64,000 bases of DNA from Bacilli bacterium (GTDB lineage Bacteria > Bacillota_I > Bacilli_A > RF39 > UBA660): the NCBI GenBank assembly GCA_017525035.1, contig JAFXTH010000006.1, positions 7,714 through 71,713 on the forward strand. The letters are read 5' to 3'. How positions within the stretch are numbered: position 1 is the stretch's first letter; each line of letters opens with the position of its first letter. The notes under the pieces were generated by a model. The model saw only the letters and a program-made list of their open reading frames with translations, had not been told where the DNA came from and ran no database searches. Made by a program: the position numbers and the translations under genes. Below, piece after piece: positions 24,692 through 32,586 of this stretch.

Positions 24692-25354
24692 TTATCTTTT
24701 ATATTTTTGCAAATATTCTTCTAATGTTAATCCTTCATCAGTAATTTTTTTAGCAATTTCAGGATTATCAATATATCTTAAATGCCATGGTTCATAAGAA
24801 TATCCAGTGATATCATCTTTTCCTTCAAGATATCTTAATATAAATCCATATTTAGCAAGTTTAGCATGTATCTTAGAAAAGATTTCACGTTGTGCAATCA
24901 TTTCATCATTATCATAAATTACTTTATCACCAACAACTAATTTGATATCAATTGCAAGACCAGTGTGATGTTCAGAATATCCTGGAACAGCCACATATTT
25001 TTTAACATAATCTTCACCATATTCAATAGTCCATGTATCCCATAATTCTTGTTGCGAAGCTACACTTCTATAAGTACTATCAAGTTCGATGATAACACCG
25101 TCTTTTTCAAGATCTTCTTTTAATTTTGCATAAGCTTCTGCAGCTTTCTTTTCAACTTTATAAGTTTCTCCTAATCCGTTAGTAACATCAACAAGTTCAA
25201 CTTTATCTTCCCAATCATCAGGTAATTTGTTTTGCTTGTTTACCAGTTGAAGATAATTTATGCCATCTTTCATAGTGTCCTCCTTTTTACCACATCCAGT
25301 TATTAAAGTAACAGCACATAAAATAACTGCAATTAACAATATTTTATTTTTCAT
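24692..25354 (-). CDS. VanY/M15B-family D-alanyl-D-alanine carboxypeptidase lipoprotein
   Basis: Lipobox LITGC. SYRSVASQQELW, GYSEHHTGLAIDI and EPWHLRY zinc-peptidase motifs. Confidence 0.85.
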   Translation of the reverse strand: MKNKILLIAVILCAVTLITGCGKKEDTMKDGINYLQLVNKQNKLPDDWEDKVELVDVTNGLGETYKVEKKAAEAYAKLKEDLEKDGVIIELDSTYRSVASQQELWDTWTIEYGEDYVKKYVAVPGYSEHHTGLAIDIKLVVGDKVIYDNDEMIAQREIFSKIHAKLAKYGFILRYLEGKDDITGYSYEPWHLRYIDNPEIAKKITDEGLTLEEYLQKYKR

Positions 25355-25460
25355 AGTTCGCCTCCAAAAGTATTATAGCATGTTTTTGCTTTGTAAAAAA
25401 TATTGGAAATGTTATAATTAGTTTGTATCATAGCTTTATAAGCATGTGAGGAGAATTAAT

Positions 25461-25550
25461 ATGAAATTTCACATATTTGAATTCTTCAATCCAATCGTTG
25501 CAATAATTCTATTTATTATTGCGCAAATATATGGGCTTATTAAATTATAG
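25461..25550 (+). CDS. 29-aa hydrophobic micro-protein (candidate)
   Basis: Strong TGAGGAG RBS 7 nt upstream. MKFHIFEFFNPIVAIILFIIAQIYGLIKL forms one TM helix. Confidence 0.3.
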   Translation: MKFHIFEFFNPIVAIILFIIAQIYGLIKL

Positions 25551-25564
25551 ATGAAGGTGAACAA

Positions 25565-25969
25565 ATGAAAGTTGTTGGAACAATGTTTTTTGATAACAAT
25601 AAATTATTAATAGATAAACCTAGAAAAAGACCTACCTATCAAATGATTGGCGGAAGAGTAGAAGATAATGAAACACCACTTGAAGCAGCAATTAGAGAAT
25701 GCCATGAAGAACTAGGTGATAAAGCAGTATTCGATGAATCTTTGATTGAACAGATCTTAGAGTTTGATGAAATTGCAACAAGCGATGGAGTAACTCCAAT
25801 ACATTTTTATGTATTTAAGTATACTGGAAGCCTAACAGGTGAATTAACAACATCAGAAGAAATAGAAGAGTTTAAATGGTATGATTCTTCATGTGGAACA
25901 GATATTTTATCTAATACCTTAAAGCATAAAGTAATACCATATTGTTTGGAGAAAAAACTTATAAAATAA
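25565..25969 (+). CDS. NUDIX hydrolase
   Basis: Nudix box GGRVEDNETPLEAAIRECHEELG. Confidence 0.85.
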   Translation: MKVVGTMFFDNNKLLIDKPRKRPTYQMIGGRVEDNETPLEAAIRECHEELGDKAVFDESLIEQILEFDEIATSDGVTPIHFYVFKYTGSLTGELTTSEEIEEFKWYDSSCGTDILSNTLKHKVIPYCLEKKLIK

Positions 25970-26095
25970 GCACTGACAAATATCAGTGCTTTTATTTGAG
26001 CAATTGGTTTACATAAGAAACTGAAAAATATCATTCTTTTTTTGGTATATAACTAATAATATATTATAATTTATATATAAGGATGGTGTTTAAAT

Positions 26096-28309
26096 ATGCA
26101 TGGAATGGATGAAAAAAAGATTTATGAAAATGACGACGTTCCTATGAAAAAAGGAAAACATTTTTTATTAGTAGTATCGGTAATTGTAGTCGTAGTAGGA
26201 TTAGCTTTTCTTCTTGCAATGCTTGTACCTAAAGGTGAAGAAAAGTATGAATCTGCTATTACTAAAAAACTAGAAATGAATGTAGGTGAAAGGATTAACA
26301 TCTTAGATGAAATAGATGATGTTGCTAATCCTGCATTATATTCATATTCAGTAAGTGATGAAAAAATTGCAACAGTTAATAAAGAAACTGGAGAAATAGT
26401 AGCTAAAGACGATGGTAAAGTAGTGGTAACTATTAAATCCAATAATGACAAAAACTATGAAAAGAAAGTTGAAATAAACGTAACAAAAGGAAAGACATGG
26501 ATTAAATATGACAAAAAGAATTATTCATGTAAAGAAGGGGAATCATTCAATGTAATGATTAATGCTGGTGGACCAGAAATACCAACTATTGAAAGCTATA
26601 GTAGTAAAAATGAAGATATAGCAACAATAGAAATAGGGACAGTAGATGGTGCTTTAACTAACTGTACTGACTGTGTAGCAGCACATGTAACATGTAAGAA
26701 AGCTGGTAAGGCAACACTTGTTGCATCCTCATCAAGTAATGATACAGCATCAGCAACAGTAACAGTAACTGCATCTACACCAACACCAACACCAGACCAA
26801 CCTTGGATAAAATATGATAAAACAAGCTACAGTTGCAAAGTAGGGGAAACTTTTGACGTAATGATAAGAACAGGCGGAGATCAAAACTCAACTATTCAAA
26901 GTTATAATGTTGAAAACAAAGAGCTAGCAACAATAGAAATAGGAACAACAAGTGGATCAGTAACAAATTGTGTTGATTGTGTAGCAGCTCATGTAACATG
27001 TAAAAAAGCAGGAACAACAAATTTAACTGCTAAATCTTCAAATGGTGCAACAACAAAAGTAAAATTAGCAATTGCATCTAAAGAACAAACAACGCCAACA
27101 ACACCAGAAAAAGGATGGATTAAATTTAATGCATCAACTTATACTTGCGATGTAGGATCTAAATTTGATGTAATGATAACAACTGGAGGTGCATCAACAC
27201 CTGCTAGTGTTAAATCATATACAAGTAGTGATCCAACTATTGCAAAAATAGAAATAGGAACAGTAAGTGGTGCTGTTACAAATTGTAGTGATTGTAGAGC
27301 AGTACACGTAACATGTAATAAAAAAGGTAGTGTTACATTAACAGCAACATCAAGTACTGGTGCAAAAGCAACTGCAACAGTAACAGTAAATGAAGCACCA
27401 GCAGTAGAAGACAAAGGATGGATCAAATACAATGCAACAAGCTATACTTGTAAGGTAGGAGAGTCATTCAATGTAATGATAAGAGCAGGTGGAGCTTCAA
27501 CTCCAGTATCAATAAAATCATTTGCTAGTAGTAATACAGGTGTTGCTACTATAGCAGCTGGTAGAACAGATGGTGTAGTAACAAATTGCTCTGATTGTAT
27601 GGCAGCGCATGTAACTTGTAAAAAAGAAGGAACAACTAACTTAACAGCAAAGAGTTCAACAGGTGTGACAACATCAGTTAAAGTTACAGTTGCAGGAAAA
27701 GCTGTAGCAGTTCAAAAAGTTACAATAAACGAGCAAAACTTACATATGATGGTAGGTGACACTGAGCAATTAACAACAACTGTTTTACCAAGTAATGCAA
27801 CGAATAAAAACATTATTTGGACTTCAGCAGATAGTAGTATTGTTTCAGTTGATGCAAACGGAAAAATAACAGCTAAAAAAGCAGGACACACTGAAATATA
27901 TGCTCAACCAGCAGACGGTACTAATATAATGGTATGGACTACAGTAGTAGTATACTCAAGCAAAGGTGGAGTAGAATTTACATCAAATAATAATTCAGTA
28001 TCAGTATGTGCTGGTAAATACTGTTATGTAGGTAAATATCAATGTAAGGTAGGAGACAAATTTGCTGTTAGAATTCAAGCATATGGAAAAAAGACTACAA
28101 ATGGTCATGAAACATTTGCATCAGTTGCTTCATATTCAAGTGCTAATACTTCTATAGCTACAATTACAGCACATCCTACAATAATAGTAAATTGTACTGA
28201 TTGTTTTGTAACAGAAGTAACATGTAAGAAAGCAGGAACAACAAAACTAACTGCTAAAAACTCATTTGGTGCAACAAAATCAATTGACATTGAAGTAACA
28301 GCTAAATAA
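26096..28309 (+). CDS. membrane-anchored surface protein with Big_2 domains and five ~100-aa four-Cys Ig-like repeats
   Basis: N-terminal signal anchor. One canonical Big_2 domain (VTINEQNLHMMVGDTEQL...VDANGKITAKKAGHTEIYA). Repeats of WIKY(D/N)..Y.C.VGE.F.VMI..GG...SY....IATIE.G...G.VTNC.DC.AAHVTCKK.G with Thr/Pro linkers. Confidence 0.75.
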   Translation: MHGMDEKKIYENDDVPMKKGKHFLLVVSVIVVVVGLAFLLAMLVPKGEEKYESAITKKLEMNVGERINILDEIDDVANPALYSYSVSDEKIATVNKETGEIVAKDDGKVVVTIKSNNDKNYEKKVEINVTKGKTWIKYDKKNYSCKEGESFNVMINAGGPEIPTIESYSSKNEDIATIEIGTVDGALTNCTDCVAAHVTCKKAGKATLVASSSSNDTASATVTVTASTPTPTPDQPWIKYDKTSYSCKVGETFDVMIRTGGDQNSTIQSYNVENKELATIEIGTTSGSVTNCVDCVAAHVTCKKAGTTNLTAKSSNGATTKVKLAIASKEQTTPTTPEKGWIKFNASTYTCDVGSKFDVMITTGGASTPASVKSYTSSDPTIAKIEIGTVSGAVTNCSDCRAVHVTCNKKGSVTLTATSSTGAKATATVTVNEAPAVEDKGWIKYNATSYTCKVGESFNVMIRAGGASTPVSIKSFASSNTGVATIAAGRTDGVVTNCSDCMAAHVTCKKEGTTNLTAKSSTGVTTSVKVTVAGKAVAVQKVTINEQNLHMMVGDTEQLTTTVLPSNATNKNIIWTSADSSIVSVDANGKITAKKAGHTEIYAQPADGTNIMVWTTVVVYSSKGGVEFTSNNNSVSVCAGKYCYVGKYQCKVGDKFAVRIQAYGKKTTNGHETFASVASYSSANTSIATITAHPTIIVNCTDCFVTEVTCKKAGTTKLTAKNSFGATKSIDIEVTAK

Positions 28310-28317
28310 AAAAATAA

Positions 28318-28347
28318 AACACTAACAAAAGTTAGTGTTTTTTTTAC
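28318..28347 (+). terminator. rho-independent terminator
   Basis: AAACACTAAC-AAAA-GTTAGTGTTT plus T8. Confidence 0.8.
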
Positions 28348-28551
28348 GTTATTTTTTTATTATTGTGTGGTATTAAAAAAGAACCTCCTTTCATGAACAG
28401 CAAAATCTATCACAAAATTTTTCTGCGATATTTTTGTTATTCATGATGAGATTCTTAGGTCCTTATCATTATTAACCCCACATAAAGTGTTACGGTAATA
28501 AAACGCGAATAACTAATTGATTTATTACGCCTACAATATATCAAAAAAACT

Positions 28552-29571
28552 TTATTTGTCAATTTCTACGGTATTTAGTAACACTACTATTTCTTCATCA
28601 TTACCTAAAGTATCTTTACCTAAATACTCACTTATTATTTTAAAATTATTTTTTTGATAACATTTAATTGCTCTTATATTTCTTTTAAATGGTCTTAAGA
28701 TAATCGCATCACTTTTATATTCATTAAATATTTTTTTATTAACTAGATTTATTATTTCTGTACCTATACCTTTAGATAAATAATCTTCTTCACCAATATA
28801 GATGTCATATTCATAAACGTTTTTGTAATTGCTAAGATCTAAATCAATATCATTTTCAAATTTATATATTTGGATAAGACTAATATCATTATCATCACAT
28901 CTAATGATAAATAAATCTTGCTTATTTAATTTATTCTTGTATTTATTTTTTATCTCATCAAAAGATAAGACTCTTTGTTCAAACCATTCATAAACATTTT
29001 TATTTGAACACCATTTGTGAAGCATTTTATATTCATCATCACTATCTTTCATTTTTCTAAAACTAATATCGTAAGATAGTTTTTTTAGATAGATGTTTCT
29101 AATTCCTCTTGTGAATTCTTTTGTACCAGTTAATTCAAAATTATCTTTTAATAAATTATTTATTGAATAAATATTTTCTGGATGAATTGTTCCTGCAGCA
29201 TATTTATATCCTAGTGATAAAGAGTATTTATCTATTTCTTTTAACATTTGATATTGTAATTTGTTTCCAACATATTTTGGATTAACAAACATCGGACCGT
29301 AATCTACTACTATATTGCTATCAAGATTTATATCAAACTTTTTTAATGTTTTTTCAGTTGATGGAATAAGCATCATAGAACATACAGGTTCTTCACCTAA
29401 ATAATAGATCCAGATTTTAGATTTGTTGTTTAACAACTCTTCTAACTCTTCTTTCGAAAAATCACCAAGCCATTCTGGATGAGGCATATTCTGTTTAACT
29501 AATTCTCTAAACTCTATGTATGAATCTAGATTAATATTTTCACTAATTTCTTTTAAATCTTTTAAGAACAT
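28552..29571 (-). CDS. tandem GNAT acetyltransferase; C-terminal half AAC(6')-like
   Basis: The C-terminal half (MLHKWCSNKNVYEWFEQR...IYIGEEDYLSKGIGTEIINLV...AIILRPFKRNIRAIKCYQKNNFKII) parallels, from memory, the AAC(6')-Ie pattern MLKWLTDERVLEFY...[20 protein letters not shown]...[25 protein letters not shown]. Confidence 0.65.
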   Translation of the reverse strand: MFLKDLKEISENINLDSYIEFRELVKQNMPHPEWLGDFSKEELEELLNNKSKIWIYYLGEEPVCSMMLIPSTEKTLKKFDINLDSNIVVDYGPMFVNPKYVGNKLQYQMLKEIDKYSLSLGYKYAAGTIHPENIYSINNLLKDNFELTGTKEFTRGIRNIYLKKLSYDISFRKMKDSDDEYKMLHKWCSNKNVYEWFEQRVLSFDEIKNKYKNKLNKQDLFIIRCDDNDISLIQIYKFENDIDLDLSNYKNVYEYDIYIGEEDYLSKGIGTEIINLVNKKIFNEYKSDAIILRPFKRNIRAIKCYQKNNFKIISEYLGKDTLGNDEEIVVLLNTVEIDK

Positions 29572-29698
29572 TTTATCACCTCAAATACAATATTATTATA
29601 TCATGTTAAGCACTAAAGAAATAACTTCAAAAAAACTCTAACATAAGTTAGAGATTTTCTTTTTCTATGTTATAATATTAATATACTAGGAGATTATT

Positions 29699-30235
29699 AT
29701 GGAAGAATATTATGACGATATAGAAATGGCTATTAACAATAGCTTTGATTACTCTAATATAGTTCCAACAGTTAGTAACATAGCAGTACTAATTAAATAT
29801 TGTGAACAAGTGTATAACAAGCATGAAGAGTTAATCAATGAAGATGAAGAAAAAAATAAAATGATCAGATATGACTTACAAACTTATAATTATAAAAGAA
29901 ATTTTGATGATGTTTTTGAAGTAACGATAAGAGATAAAAACTTTGCTTCATATACTTGCAAGAAATATGATTCATTTATGGAACTAGTTAACAACGGACA
30001 AGCAAAAAATTTAACAAGTTTGGATATTCGTTTAGGACTTGGATATAAATGTGGTGAGACTAGTAGTTTCATTGATCATCAAAATGATTTAGAAATTAAA
30101 TTCAGACCATATGAAATTACATTTACAAGGAAATCAAATTTTAAAGAATATACTGTTGATCAAGTAGAAAAAAATATTAATAAATTGTTACAAGAATTTC
30201 CTGCAGTTGATACAATATTCTATTCTAAAGATTAA
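29699..30235 (+). CDS. hypothetical protein (soluble paralog of the N-domain of 30247-31170)
   Basis: TGTTATAAT promoter at 29668-29676, AGGAG RBS. Shares KYDSFMELV / KFDSFLTVY and the following strand pattern with the next gene. Confidence 0.55.
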   Translation: MEEYYDDIEMAINNSFDYSNIVPTVSNIAVLIKYCEQVYNKHEELINEDEEKNKMIRYDLQTYNYKRNFDDVFEVTIRDKNFASYTCKKYDSFMELVNNGQAKNLTSLDIRLGLGYKCGETSSFIDHQNDLEIKFRPYEITFTRKSNFKEYTVDQVEKNINKLLQEFPAVDTIFYSKD

Positions 30236-30246
30236 GGGAGTTTATT

Positions 30247-31170
30247 ATGAGTACTGACAGAATGGGTCTTGCAAACAAGATATTAACTTCTGATGATTTA
30301 TTTGAAATATTCTCTAAGATGAATGAAACAATTAGTCGTTATAAAAAGATAAGTGCAATAGAAGAATCAAGAAATGCTACACTTGATTATTCTTATCAAG
30401 AATGGTCTTTTAAAGATAATAGTAGTAAACTTGAATTCACTGTGGATTTCTATGATAACACTAATGTTAAATATGATAAGTTTGATAGTTTTCTAACTGT
30501 TTATAATACAAGATTAGAAGAGATTAAAAGAATAGATGTATATTTTTGTTTGAGTTATGACGTAACACAAGAGCATACTAAGAAATTCCATTATCACAGT
30601 ATAAATCTATATATAACTGAAACTGATTTAAGTGTAAGTTATAATATAGATGATTCAGATAATAAAGTAGAAGAAGTATATAATCTTATTAAAAATAAAA
30701 TTGTTAATGCAAAAGAAAAATATGATTATGTAGTTAAGAATAAGACAAAGATAGCTACTATCATTGCGTTAGCAATTGGATTAATGCCAGCAATAGTAAT
30801 AACTACATTGGGTATATTTGTACCACAATTAAAGGAGTTATATACAAGAGGATATGTTTTATATCCAATAGCATGCTTTGTAATTGCGTTTGTAGTAGGT
30901 GGTACAATCGAGTCTTATATGCTTGATAAATATTTTAAACATATAGTACCAGACAAGAAGTATGCTTATTACGATGCAAATAAAGGAAAAAGTGTTTATA
31001 AAGATGATATTGAAAAATTTACTTCAACAAGCGAAATATTAATTGGTAAGAATGTAAATAATGTTGAATGCAGAACAAAAATCAAAGAAGCTTATGATAA
31101 ATATAAAGGATTAGTACCAATAGAGGTAGCAATAGTATTAATAATGTCGCTAGTAATATTCTTAATATAA
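30247..31170 (+). CDS. hypothetical membrane protein (N-domain paralogous to 29699-30235)
   Basis: AGGGAG RBS. Soluble N-domain of about 165 aa, then 2-3 TM helices and a C-terminal TM helix. Confidence 0.55.
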   Translation: MSTDRMGLANKILTSDDLFEIFSKMNETISRYKKISAIEESRNATLDYSYQEWSFKDNSSKLEFTVDFYDNTNVKYDKFDSFLTVYNTRLEEIKRIDVYFCLSYDVTQEHTKKFHYHSINLYITETDLSVSYNIDDSDNKVEEVYNLIKNKIVNAKEKYDYVVKNKTKIATIIALAIGLMPAIVITTLGIFVPQLKELYTRGYVLYPIACFVIAFVVGGTIESYMLDKYFKHIVPDKKYAYYDANKGKSVYKDDIEKFTSTSEILIGKNVNNVECRTKIKEAYDKYKGLVPIEVAIVLIMSLVIFLI

Positions 31171-31188
31171 CAAAAGGAAGGTGTTAAA

Positions 31189-32145
31189 ATGTTTTGTCAA
31201 AAATGTGGAAAAAAATTAAATAAAGGAGATAGGTTTTGCGATAGTTGTGGAACAAAAGTTGAAATAGAAGAAAAAGAATCAACTAAACAACCAATAGCAG
31301 TGGATAAACCAATTGAAACAGCACCAAAAGAACAATATCAACCATATCCTTATTATCAACAAAAGAGTAATACAGGATTAAAAGTATTAGTAATTATAAT
31401 GGGAATTATTATTCTTGCAGGTGTAGGATTTGGACTTTGGTATTTCGTAATTAGAGACAGCGGTAGTGAAAATAACACAAATGCTAACACTAATACCAAT
31501 GCAGGATTTAATACAGATGTTAATGCAGTAATTGATGTAAATACTAATACCAACACAAATACGAATACAAATACATCAACAGTAGGAACATTTGGAAGCG
31601 GTTCATCAGATAATTTCACATATGAACTTTCAAGAACTGAAAAAGGAAGATTAATAGTAGTATTTAAAAATAACAACAATGAAGTATTAGATTTAAGTGT
31701 TAAAATAAACTTTTATGATAATAGTGGAGCACTTATAGGCAGTGATGATGATTATCTTCTTGGTATAGCACCAGGACAAGAATTTGTATCTGAATTTTTT
31801 GAAGCCCCAAGTAAATTTGATACATATAAAATAGAATTTGAAAAAGAAAAGAGTAACTATATATCACGCAATAATGATATAGAAGTAACTCCAAGTAAAA
31901 ATGATGTTGATGAAAAAATAATCTTACAATTTAAAAATATTTCAAACGAAGAAATAAGAAGCGTTGATGTAGGTGTAGTATTCTATAGAGATGGAAAAAT
32001 TGTTGGATATGATAGTGATTATGAAACAGGATTAAAAGGTGGAGAGACTGCCGTTTTATCTGCAAGATATCCAACAGATGAGTACTACAATACAGTTAAA
32101 TTTGATAACTATAAAGTTTATATAAATGGTGCTTATTCATATTAA
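31189..32145 (+). CDS. zinc-ribbon / TM / (Asn-Thr)n / tandem FxLYD-like domain protein
   Basis: MFCQKCGKKL..FCDSCG, one TM helix, an NTNANTNTN...NTNTNTNTNTNTS tract, then two ~90-aa beta-rich repeats (V.FKN..NE.L....V...FYD..G). Confidence 0.6.
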   Translation: MFCQKCGKKLNKGDRFCDSCGTKVEIEEKESTKQPIAVDKPIETAPKEQYQPYPYYQQKSNTGLKVLVIIMGIIILAGVGFGLWYFVIRDSGSENNTNANTNTNAGFNTDVNAVIDVNTNTNTNTNTNTSTVGTFGSGSSDNFTYELSRTEKGRLIVVFKNNNNEVLDLSVKINFYDNSGALIGSDDDYLLGIAPGQEFVSEFFEAPSKFDTYKIEFEKEKSNYISRNNDIEVTPSKNDVDEKIILQFKNISNEEIRSVDVGVVFYRDGKIVGYDSDYETGLKGGETAVLSARYPTDEYYNTVKFDNYKVYINGAYSY

Positions 32146-32178
32146 AAAAGGTTGTGTATTAAACACAACCTTTTAAGT

Positions 32179-32529
32179 TTATTTTTTCTTTGGAATTAAT
32201 AATACTGAAAGCAATAATAAATAAACAATTATTAATGCTATATTGAAAACGACTAAAGTTTTTATTGTAGTGATATCTAAAACGTAATTAATTACGAAAC
32301 TTGCAATGGCATATAATACACCAGCTGCAATAACATCACCATTTTTACTTCTCATAAATCCAGCAATTAAGACAGATAAGTAAATAACAGCTTCAGCTCC
32401 TAAAATAAATCCAAATGCAACAAGTTGTATATCTGTTTTATCTTCAGGACCTAATCCAAAAAACAATAAACATGTTAGTGCTACTACAAGTACAAATGCA
32501 ATAGTACTAAATAACCAATTAGATTTCAT
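32179..32529 (-). CDS. small 4-TM membrane protein
   Basis: 116 aa, four hydrophobic helices, AGGAGG RBS on the minus strand. Confidence 0.55.
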   Translation of the reverse strand: MKSNWLFSTIAFVLVVALTCLLFFGLGPEDKTDIQLVAFGFILGAEAVIYLSVLIAGFMRSKNGDVIAAGVLYAIASFVINYVLDITTIKTLVVFNIALIIVYLLLLSVLLIPKKK

Positions 32530-32586
32530 ATAATTCCTCCTAACTTGATTATACTATAAAATAAAAAAAAGAACACGTGTTGTGTT

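Noticed and set aside
28391-28444. A 17-codon Cys-rich micro-ORF (MNNKNIAEKFCDRFCCS) on the minus strand, considered as a possible RiPP-like precursor next to the GNAT gene.
   Set aside because: It has only a weak, distant RBS and lies wholly within both arms of a long hairpin. No maturation genes are nearby.
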